Shown here: piece by piece, positions 8,463-16,644 of the stretch
How the letters are laid out: the number at the start of each line of letters is the position of its first letter
Numbering within the stretch: position 1 is the first letter of the stretch
The notes under the pieces: generated by a model
Seen by the model: only the letters and a program-made list of their open reading frames with translations
What the model was told of the DNA's origin: nothing
The model's database searches: none
Virus record (IMG/VR): IMGVR_UViG_3300037418_001071
Span: 440-64,439 of that record
DNA from: a virus
Taxonomy: Duplodnaviria; Caudoviricetes
DNA length: 64,000 nucleotides
Strand: one strand, 5' to 3'
Program-made: the position numbers and the translations under genes

Positions 8463-9515
8463 ATGAAACCAGACAGCCCGAACCTGGATCTTCTGCGCGC
8501 CTACGCGGTCATCCTCGTCATCATCAGCCACCTGAAGCACGAACTAGGGTGGGGAGACTGGAACACCAGGGCGCTCGGGTTTTGCGGGGTCGCCCTGTTT
8601 TTCGTGCACACCACGCTTGTGCTGATGATGTCGCTTGAACGGCACGGTTCCGATGCCTCCTCATTCTTCGTGCGCCGGGCGTTTCGGATTTACCCGCTCG
8701 CCATGGTGTCGGTGCTACTCATGGCGCTGATGATGCGGGCTGGCGGCGCCCCTCTGTCCGTAGGCGCCATCGCCAGCAACCTCCTATTGGTGCAGCACGT
8801 CACCGGACACGCCTCTTCCCCGCCACAGTTATGGACGCTGCCCTATGAGCTGCAGATGTACCTTGTGCTCCCGGCGATCTATACGTTCACGCGTGTCGCG
8901 CGCCCGCTGCTGCGAACGGCATTGCTCTACCTCCTTGGGCTCGCGCCCCCGGCCGCGCTAGTCGCCATTTCCCGCAATTGGACGATGCCCCTCGATACGA
9001 CCGGTAGCATGCTTGTTTATGCTACCGGCATCGCATTCGTTCCGTGTTTCCTGCCGGGGGTGATGGCGTTCCTGCTCGCGAATCGCGTGCGGCCGTCCTT
9101 CAATCCACTGGTCCTTGGTGCCGTGGTAGTCGGCGGCTCGATCGCGATCTCCGCTGTATTGCCTGATGGCGAAGTCAGCCCACCGTTACTATGGGCGCTA
9201 TGCCTCGCAGTTGGCCTGACAATCCCATTTTGCCGCGAGGTGTCATTCAAGCCTCTGGCAACTCTGGGTGGCTTCATCGCGAAGTACTCGTACAGCATCT
9301 ACCTTACCCACTTGGTAGTAATCGTCTTCACCCTGGCACAGCCGGGGCCCTGGTATGTGCGCGTGCCGCAATTCATCGTGATGCAGCTCGCGGTGTCCAT
9401 CCTGTTCTATCGAACCATCGAGGCCCCCGCCATTCGGATCGGCATGCGCCTATCCGCGCTGGTGCCCAACCGGCGTCAGGACAGAACGACACCTTTCCAG
9501 GCGCCACCTGTGTAA
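8463..9515 (+). CDS. Acyltransferase-3 (OafA/Oac-like) moron
   Basis: LDLLRAYAVILVIISH, GVALFF, WTLPYELQMY, SYSIYLTH, EAPA motifs; multi-TM; opposite strand to the late operon, AT-rich upstream region. Confidence 0.9.
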   Translation: MKPDSPNLDLLRAYAVILVIISHLKHELGWGDWNTRALGFCGVALFFVHTTLVLMMSLERHGSDASSFFVRRAFRIYPLAMVSVLLMALMMRAGGAPLSVGAIASNLLLVQHVTGHASSPPQLWTLPYELQMYLVLPAIYTFTRVARPLLRTALLYLLGLAPPAALVAISRNWTMPLDTTGSMLVYATGIAFVPCFLPGVMAFLLANRVRPSFNPLVLGAVVVGGSIAISAVLPDGEVSPPLLWALCLAVGLTIPFCREVSFKPLATLGGFIAKYSYSIYLTHLVVIVFTLAQPGPWYVRVPQFIVMQLAVSILFYRTIEAPAIRIGMRLSALVPNRRQDRTTPFQAPPV

Positions 9516-12259
9516 ATCCAAAACTTCGAATTGGTGGTGTCGAACACCATCGGCACACAGCCAGTAGGAACGGTTCCTGGCGTGCCAGTCGGCGTGCCAG
9601 CGCAGGTCGGCAGGCAAGTGAAGCCACCCTTCGCCGACGTGGACAGTGCCGATCCAGAGCCGTTCAGGACCACATTGCCGGGCGTTCCAGTGCCGGTTGC
9701 AGCCCCCGGCGTCAGGGTGATGTCCCCGCCGCTCTTGTTCGTGCCAACGCCGGCCGATGCGGTGACATTTACGGCGCCGCCATTGCCGCCGGTCGCGGCA
9801 CCAGCGTTGATATTTACCGCACCGCCAACACCATTCGACGATCCTGCCGTGCCGCCCGTAATGGTGACTGCTCCGCCATTCTTGCTTGTGCCACCATCTC
9901 CGGCCGTGATGTTGACCGGACCAGCGTTGCCGTTGGTGCCGCCACCCGTACCCGCAACGAGGTTGATGGTGCCGCCGTTTGCGTTTGTCCCGCCGTTGCC
10001 GGCAGTGAGGGTGATGGGACCACCAGCACTCAGGCCGGCCGCATCGCCGTTACCGGAATTAAGAAAGACACCGGCAGAGGTGGTGCCAATCGAGCCAACG
10101 GTATCGCCGGCTGTTAGAGTGACGTCCCCGCCTTTGCTGCCAGTTCCGGTCGACGTACCGTTGGCGCCCTTAATGAGGACGCTACCACCACGAGAACCGG
10201 CGGTCGCTGCTGCCGCGCCACCATTGATGACCACCCTGCCAGCGTTACTCGTGCCGCCCGCCTGACCGCCAGTAATCGTGACATCGGCGCCAGTTGCATT
10301 ACTGCTGCCTGGCACGTCCCCCGCCTGTATGGTGATTCCACCACCAGCGCCACTCGTCGAGCCACCGGAGCCACCCTTGATGGTGATAGAAGTGCCGGTG
10401 CTTGTCGTAGTGGCGGGCGCCGAGCCTTGAAGAATTCCGTTCGTGGACGTGGTGCCGATGTACAGAATGTTGTTCGTCTTGTCCCACGTCAGACCGTCAT
10501 CACCACCGAATGAGCCGCCGTCGTTGAACTGAAGCTGCGTCGTCGATCCGCCTGGCGTTCCCCCGCCGCCAGAAGATCCGGCTCCGCCGCGCTGCGTGAA
10601 GTAGTTGGTACCGTCACTGACAATGCGCGCGCCCTGTCCGGTCGTAAATGTCAGCGTGGCCGCGCCGTCAATGGTGGAAGTGGTCGGCGTAATGGTCAGC
10701 GTCCCGGCGCCGCGGTTCTGGACATCCATCCACCAGTTCGCCGCAAAATTTCCGCCGCTTCCCGCCTGAGGCAGTGTGCCCGCAATCGCTGATCCGTTCG
10801 TGTGTGTGACAAGCTTGCCGGCGTCGCCATTCACGTAGGTGTAGGTCGTCCCGGTCTGCGCATTGACGGCCTCCCCGAAGGCTGCATAAAGCGTGTCGAA
10901 ATACGTTTTCAGCGTCGCCTTGATATTTGCCCAGCTGAGTTTTTTCAGGATGTTGCTGGCCGCACTGTCCATCAGGCCGACGTAATCGGCGTCGACTGGC
11001 GTGGTCTTCGCGGTGGCGCCGTTGATCAGGGCGCCGATACTGGTCGTCGTCTCATCGCCAGTATTGGTTCCGGTCGGTGCGGCTCCGCCGTCCCTGATCA
11101 GTTTCCCGGTCGCACCGTCGAACACGGCAAGGTGGCCGTCGGTAGCCGAGGCGGGGCCAGTGACGGCACCGTCGATATTTACTTGCGCGATCACCCAGTT
11201 CGCGCCAACCGTGGCGTGGTTGCCGGATGCTGTTGAATCGGTGATGCAATAGATGGTGTCGCCGACTTCAACGTTGGGGCCGGAACCCCCGCCGATCTTG
11301 CCCGCGACGCTGACCTTGTACAGGTTGCCGGCATCCGCCGCCGGATAGTTCGGGTTGCCAGAGCAATCGATGACACCCTTGAAGATCATGACGTCCGCCG
11401 CGCCGCTCGTGGCGATGGCGTCGACGTACGCCTTGACGGCCTTCTGTGTAGCCACCCGACTGTCGCTATTCGCGGACAAGGACGTATCCGTATCGGATGC
11501 CAGGGTTGCGACCGTGCCAAGACCCAACGTCGTGCGCTGCGCCGCCGCATCGGCGTCATCCAGCAGCGCCTTGCCTGCCGTGGTCAGGTCGAAGGTTGCA
11601 GCCGTACCGGAACCCGTGAACTGAATGCCCTTGTCGGCGGCCGATGTCAGGCCGGCGAGCGCCGCCAGTTCGGCGTCATAGGCTTGAACGTCGCTGCCGA
11701 TTGCTAAGCCGAGTGCCGTGCGCGCTGCACTGGCACTGGTGCCGCCGGTGCCACCGTTGGCGACCGGAAGCGCCGTGCCAGAATAGGACAGCGCGAGCGT
11801 GCCTGAGCCCGTGACCGGCGAGCCGGAAACCGACAGGAAGCCTGGAGCGGACAGCCCCACGCTCGTGACGGTGCCGGTTGCGCCACCAGTGGTGACAGCC
11901 GCGGTGCGCAGATCGGTGTAACTCGTAACGGTTGATGCGCCGACCACCACCGAATATAGCTGCGTACGACCTGCGGTGAACGCGGTCGTGTTGACCGATA
12001 CCGAACCGTCAGCCGGATCGGCCTCAATGTAGTTGGTGGCCGAGGCTGTCAGCGTCACCGTGCCGTTTGCAATCTGCGTCGGCACGCCAGCCACAAGCAC
12101 CGTGCCGCCGAAATATCCCCAGGTGAGGCCGGCGGTCGTAACTGCGCGCCGTCCATACAGCATTGCCGGAGAGGCTGCGTCCAATGCGGAATTTAATGTA
12201 ACTTCTTTATTCGCCTGAGATGGCGAGACGAGGTCCAAATTGGTAGTTGACGAGGCCAC
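9476..12259 (-). CDS. Tail fibre / receptor-binding protein
   Basis: N-terminal SQANKEVTLNSALD (GTA-type fibre anchor-like); long Gly/Thr-rich C-terminal repeats (xITxTAGxGG). Confidence 0.85.
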   Translation of the reverse strand: MASSTTNLDLVSPSQANKEVTLNSALDAASPAMLYGRRAVTTAGLTWGYFGGTVLVAGVPTQIANGTVTLTASATNYIEADPADGSVSVNTTAFTAGRTQLYSVVVGASTVTSYTDLRTAAVTTGGATGTVTSVGLSAPGFLSVSGSPVTGSGTLALSYSGTALPVANGGTGGTSASAARTALGLAIGSDVQAYDAELAALAGLTSAADKGIQFTGSGTAATFDLTTAGKALLDDADAAAQRTTLGLGTVATLASDTDTSLSANSDSRVATQKAVKAYVDAIATSGAADVMIFKGVIDCSGNPNYPAADAGNLYKVSVAGKIGGGSGPNVEVGDTIYCITDSTASGNHATVGANWVIAQVNIDGAVTGPASATDGHLAVFDGATGKLIRDGGAAPTGTNTGDETTTSIGALINGATAKTTPVDADYVGLMDSAASNILKKLSWANIKATLKTYFDTLYAAFGEAVNAQTGTTYTYVNGDAGKLVTHTNGSAIAGTLPQAGSGGNFAANWWMDVQNRGAGTLTITPTTSTIDGAATLTFTTGQGARIVSDGTNYFTQRGGAGSSGGGGTPGGSTTQLQFNDGGSFGGDDGLTWDKTNNILYIGTTSTNGILQGSAPATTTSTGTSITIKGGSGGSTSGAGGGITIQAGDVPGSSNATGADVTITGGQAGGTSNAGRVVINGGAAAATAGSRGGSVLIKGANGTSTGTGSKGGDVTLTAGDTVGSIGTTSAGVFLNSGNGDAAGLSAGGPITLTAGNGGTNANGGTINLVAGTGGGTNGNAGPVNITAGDGGTSKNGGAVTITGGTAGSSNGVGGAVNINAGAATGGNGGAVNVTASAGVGTNKSGGDITLTPGAATGTGTPGNVVLNGSGSALSTSAKGGFTCLPTCAGTPTGTPGTVPTGCVPMVFDTTNSKFWIYTGGAWKGVVLS

Positions 12260-12260
12260 T

Positions 12261-12878
12261 TTACTCTCCTAACGCTCTAGAAATGGACCATCCGTAATGG
12301 TTAATGCGCATACCAAGTGTCGAAACCTTGATGCCGCGCTCGCGTGCCCACTCCGATATGGTTTTAGTCATGCCCGCATGAGAGATGAGCCGGTTTGAGC
12401 TGCGATTGTTCGCTTGCGTTCTTCGATCTGCCCAGCGACAGTTACCCGGCTCGTAGTTGCCGTCGTTATCCATCCTGTCGAGCGTAAATCCATCTGGAGA
12501 CAGGCCCATGTCGGCGATGAAGTTCTCATAGAGAAGCCATCGCTCACAGACCGCGATCCCCCGCCCGCCATAGCGTCGATAGTTTGGAGCAGCCTTGTTT
12601 GTGCATCTCTGAATCATTTGTGACCACGAGTAATACTCCCTAGGGCGCTTTTGCCGCCCCGCCGTGGCCCCATGAGTCGTGGTTGCGGCACCAAGCCGTT
12701 CCCGCATTAGGCAGCCGCAAGATTGAGTGTGTCCTTTTCTGAGATTTCCGCCCAATACAACTGTCTCGATGCCGCAAGCGCAGCGGCACTGATAAGCAAT
12801 GAATCCGCCGCGATTCGGCGCCCTGTTTAGTGCGGTGAGACGCCCGAATTGGCGCCCGGTGAGATCAACATGCTTCAT
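12261..12878 (-). CDS. HNH-type homing endonuclease
   Basis: DLTGRQFGRL..CRCACG..SCGC; YGGRGIAVCERW; TLDRMDNDGNYEPGNCRWA. Confidence 0.85.
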   Translation of the reverse strand: MKHVDLTGRQFGRLTALNRAPNRGGFIAYQCRCACGIETVVLGGNLRKGHTQSCGCLMRERLGAATTTHGATAGRQKRPREYYSWSQMIQRCTNKAAPNYRRYGGRGIAVCERWLLYENFIADMGLSPDGFTLDRMDNDGNYEPGNCRWADRRTQANNRSSNRLISHAGMTKTISEWARERGIKVSTLGMRINHYGWSISRALGE

Positions 12879-12889
12879 GGATGCCCTAT

Positions 12890-12916
12890 AAAAAAAGGCC
12901 GCTCGAAAGCGGCCTT
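12890..12916 (-). terminator. Terminator between tail-tip gene and HNH gene
   Basis: AAGGCCGC-TTTC-GAGCGGCC-T7 on the minus strand. Confidence 0.75.
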
Positions 12917-12932
12917 GGCTGAATGCTGATTG

Positions 12933-13829
12933 TTAGATCGTTGCTGATGCCGCATACCCTCGGCCCACGGTGCTACTGATCATGAAGACGCTCACCGACA
13001 CTGAGGATTGCGGCGACCCGAAGTCCGTCGTCTGATCTGTCGCTGTGTACACAACGGTCGGCGTCGAAGACGTCAGTGTGCGCACGACCGTAGTGCCGTC
13101 GAGGATATCGACTTCATACGCTTCCGATGTCTCGCCAAGTGGCGCATTTACGCTGTTGCGCCACTCGCCGGAAATGCGCGTGCGCCGGGTCCAGTTGATC
13201 GTCAGGTTGCCGTCGGCATCGCGTCCGCCACCTACCAGCACGGGCGCATATGGCTTGAGGCCGGCGCCTTCGTTCGTGAAGCTGCGCGCGGCCGTCTTGG
13301 CCAGACTCCCGCCAACCGTGACCGCCTTGTACAGCCGCGGCACATGCAGGTCGGCCGTCACGCCCGGGATGCGGTGGATGGACGTGTCGACCAGCACGAA
13401 CCGTTCGCCCGACGCGTGCGACGACGTCGCATACTCGCTCCCGCGCCGGCCGCGCAGGAAGCCAGACACGGTGTAGGTGCCGTCCACATTCAGGACGGCG
13501 CTGCGAAAGTGCACGATCTCGTCGCCCACGACCGCTGTTTGCACGCCGTTAATGAACGCGGGGTACGACACCGACGACAGCGTCCCACGGATCATGCTCA
13601 CCCTGATGGTGTTGATCTCATCCGGAATATTCCCGCCAGCAAAATCGCCGAGCGCATCCAGGGTTCGCCCCATCGTCGCCGCGACCCCGAACGTGTCAAT
13701 CTGCTGATACGTTGCTCCATTGTCGATCGACTGGAACAGCACGCAGCCCGGCCACTTCGAATCGGCCGATCCGGCTGCCGCGTAAAACCCCGGATTGTCA
13801 TCCGTGTCTCTGAGCATGTTGATGTTCAC
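12933..13829 (-). CDS. Tail tip (GTA 'megatron'-like) C-terminal part
   Basis: LSGFLRGRRGSEY, PYAPV..WTRRTRISGEWR...PLGETSEAYEVDI motifs; GTG start overlapping the upstream stop. Confidence 0.75.
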   Translation of the reverse strand: MNINMLRDTDDNPGFYAAAGSADSKWPGCVLFQSIDNGATYQQIDTFGVAATMGRTLDALGDFAGGNIPDEINTIRVSMIRGTLSSVSYPAFINGVQTAVVGDEIVHFRSAVLNVDGTYTVSGFLRGRRGSEYATSSHASGERFVLVDTSIHRIPGVTADLHVPRLYKAVTVGGSLAKTAARSFTNEGAGLKPYAPVLVGGGRDADGNLTINWTRRTRISGEWRNSVNAPLGETSEAYEVDILDGTTVVRTLTSSTPTVVYTATDQTTDFGSPQSSVSVSVFMISSTVGRGYAASATI

Positions 13830-16192
13830 ATCAGCTCCAGCGAAGTGATCCCCGGCACGTAGACGGTCTGCTCATTGGCAGGCGTTTCGTCAACCGCAGT
13901 ATTCGGTGTATAAAAGGTCGATCCGTCCGCGACGGCCTCGCAACTTAAGGTGCCTGCTGGCGTGCGAGAGACCTTTGTCAAGCGCATGCCGCTACCCTTG
14001 ACGATGATGTGATCGGTCGGCTCAAGGTGCGAGTATTTGCGCGGCAAATTAAATGCGTACGACAGCCGCTGGATCCACGAAACTTGCAGGTTCACGTCGG
14101 CGACTTCCTGCGCTTTCGTATCCGTCAGCACGAGTGGCAATTCCATCGTCGATTCGTTTCCACTTGCGCCGACGAGGCGTTTTGCCAACTTGGTCGCCGG
14201 CGAATAGTCGGTTGCGGCCAGCAGATAATTGACGTTCACCACGCGCGGCAACTCGACTTCCATCTGACGCGTTGTCAGTAGCGGGTCGCCAGACTCTTGG
14301 CCACCAGCGCGCGCGTTCAGGTCATCAGCATCAATAGTCGCAACTGGTGCGCCACCTCGCTTGACGAATTTGATCTGCCCGCCGCTCTCGACCGCATCAA
14401 AGAAATACGCCGGGCGAAGCGCATCGATAGCGTTGCGCACCGTCGTCTGCCGCGCGATCGTGTAGCCGTCGACGATGTCATTTTCAAGCTGCGACACGTC
14501 AAGGCGCGACTCGCCGGCACGGTCGGACAGGTCCGCCACGACGCTTGCGAGGGTGACACCCTTGGGACTCGTCCCGATACCGAAGGTGAATATGTCCAGC
14601 GTCACGCCGACAACAAACGTCGGGAATACAGCGAGCTTGTTGTGCACATTTGGCAGTGGGATCGGGATCAATGCCGCCGAATCCTTCAACACCGGCGTGA
14701 CACCATCGGCGTACACAAGCCCCGTGCTGAACAACACGCACTCGTCTGGAAACGATGTCGCCGAAAGATCGGCAGGGTTCATGACGACGAGCTGCGCTCC
14801 TGCCAAATACACGATACGGTCGACCGAAGGGAAGTACTGGGCATACAGACGCGGGACGGTGCCAACGTCGGCAGGCACAACGGTCTCGCCGGTCGAAAAG
14901 TCGTAGTACCCGCAAAATCCATCGGACGCGCTGCTCAGGGATAAAAGCCGGTCGCGGACCGGGTCGTACACCTGGGCGCACAGATTCGAGATAGAAACAC
15001 CATTCAGGTACGTTTCCGTGTTCCCGCGCAGCAGGCCGCCGTCGACTCCAACGGCGATGCCGTGCGGGCCACACTCAATTAGCCGCCCGCTATTACGGAT
15101 GTGCGTAACGCCGAAGGAATCCGGGCTCAGAACGCCATTAATGTACTGCGGCGCAGAGTCGAACATGCGAAACCGCGCTTCATTGTAGCTGTAGATGATG
15201 TCTGCTTTGGGGATCGACAATATCTCCCACGACATTACATAGAAGGACGCGCAATCGATCAGCGCAAAGTTCGTGGTCCCGATCTGGATCACGCCCAAGA
15301 CGTTGTTCTTCGGATCGTACGCAATGCTGCACTCTTCGGCGCTGAACATAGACAGCGGCAAAAGCGCTTCGGTGATCGGCGACGAGGATGAAACCTTTTT
15401 GATGTACCAGTTGCTCGTGCCGTATTCGATCACTGCGGCGTAGACATTTCCGTCGTTATCGGTCGCCGTCGGATGCTCCCCATACGAGACGCGCATGTTC
15501 GTGTAGGAGCCAAGCTTGATTGGCGGCCGGTCGTACAGCGCGCGGATGTTCGGCCAGGTGCCCACCATGGTGTAATCGACGCTGCACGTTTCGCCGCCGC
15601 CGCCGGTCGTGATCTCCGCGGTAATGAATGGCAGCGTGTTGCCATCCTTAGCCAACGGGAAGTGTTCGAACACCACGTAGCAAGTGCCGCGAAACGCAGG
15701 GACGTTGCCGGCGCCGAGATACGACTCGATCAGCGGATCCGGCATCTGGTCTTCGGTTCCCTTGTAAAAGCGAACCGTACCGCCATCCGCCAGGACGAAA
15801 CCGTCATAGATCAATCGCTTCTCGGGCCCCGCCCACATGCGAGTGATCGTTGCCTCACCTTCGCAGAATGCGACAGCGAAATTGCCGAAGTACGAATAGG
15901 TTGTGACGCTGGGGCCGCCCTTGCCGCCCGAATCGCTCTCTTCCTGGACGTAATCCGATGCCCAGATGACGTTGCCACCAATGCCGACGGTACCGTAGAC
16001 GATGGGGATCGGCCTGCCGTATTCGGACGATTGCGGCTTCAGGTCGGTAAGGCGCGGACCATCGACATGCTGCGGGAACAGCAGCCCACCGGCCATGCTG
16101 CCGGCCGACCAGCCGTACATGGCTCCAGTAGGACCGCCGATAAAGAGTCCAATGCCGGCCCCAATTACGCCGCCAATCAGTGATCCCGACAT
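13826..16192 (-). CDS. Tail tip / host-specificity protein N-terminal part
   Basis: GPRLTDLKPQSSEYGRPIPIVYGTVGIGGNVIW; PAFRGTCYVVFE; FDAVESGGQIKF. Confidence 0.85.
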   Translation of the reverse strand: MSGSLIGGVIGAGIGLFIGGPTGAMYGWSAGSMAGGLLFPQHVDGPRLTDLKPQSSEYGRPIPIVYGTVGIGGNVIWASDYVQEESDSGGKGGPSVTTYSYFGNFAVAFCEGEATITRMWAGPEKRLIYDGFVLADGGTVRFYKGTEDQMPDPLIESYLGAGNVPAFRGTCYVVFEHFPLAKDGNTLPFITAEITTGGGGETCSVDYTMVGTWPNIRALYDRPPIKLGSYTNMRVSYGEHPTATDNDGNVYAAVIEYGTSNWYIKKVSSSSPITEALLPLSMFSAEECSIAYDPKNNVLGVIQIGTTNFALIDCASFYVMSWEILSIPKADIIYSYNEARFRMFDSAPQYINGVLSPDSFGVTHIRNSGRLIECGPHGIAVGVDGGLLRGNTETYLNGVSISNLCAQVYDPVRDRLLSLSSASDGFCGYYDFSTGETVVPADVGTVPRLYAQYFPSVDRIVYLAGAQLVVMNPADLSATSFPDECVLFSTGLVYADGVTPVLKDSAALIPIPLPNVHNKLAVFPTFVVGVTLDIFTFGIGTSPKGVTLASVVADLSDRAGESRLDVSQLENDIVDGYTIARQTTVRNAIDALRPAYFFDAVESGGQIKFVKRGGAPVATIDADDLNARAGGQESGDPLLTTRQMEVELPRVVNVNYLLAATDYSPATKLAKRLVGASGNESTMELPLVLTDTKAQEVADVNLQVSWIQRLSYAFNLPRKYSHLEPTDHIIVKGSGMRLTKVSRTPAGTLSCEAVADGSTFYTPNTAVDETPANEQTVYVPGITSLELM

Positions 16193-16621
16193 CTATTCCA
16201 CTCCTGGAAAACGCCACACGCCGACGATGCGCGACAGCCACTGCTCGTCGAGGCGATGCTCGACCACCTTATTGATGCCCGCACCGTTATACGCATGAAT
16301 CAGCGACAGGCCGCCGTGCACGTAGTCACCGACAATGGCGAAGTGCTGCGGCTCGACCTCAAAGCGGATCCAGGCCACGTCACCCGGCTGCATCGATGCT
16401 TTCGGCACGCGCACGAGGTGCGCATCCAGTTCACGCCGCATCTCATTCGGCACCGGGAGGCGCCCGTAATTCGCCAGCGCATCGATCGACATGCCGAGAC
16501 GTTTTCCGATGATGATCGGCAGGCCGGCGCAGTCCATCGCGACTCCACCCACGCGCGCCTGGTGCTGCCAGCGCGTGCCGATATATTCCCGCGCGATCGG
16601 GACGATTTGTTGTGCATTCAT
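16193..16621 (-). CDS. NlpC/P60 tail-associated cell-wall peptidase
   Basis: YIGTRWQHQAR...DCAGL...QHFAI...IHAY. Confidence 0.9.
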   Translation of the reverse strand: MNAQQIVPIAREYIGTRWQHQARVGGVAMDCAGLPIIIGKRLGMSIDALANYGRLPVPNEMRRELDAHLVRVPKASMQPGDVAWIRFEVEPQHFAIVGDYVHGGLSLIHAYNGAGINKVVEHRLDEQWLSRIVGVWRFPGVE

Positions 16622-16644
16622 GATTCGTCGTAGAAATCGCTAGC

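Noticed and set aside
9191-10265. Plus-strand ORFs 9191-10117 and 9531-10265
   Set aside because: Shadows of the Gly-rich tail fibre repeats
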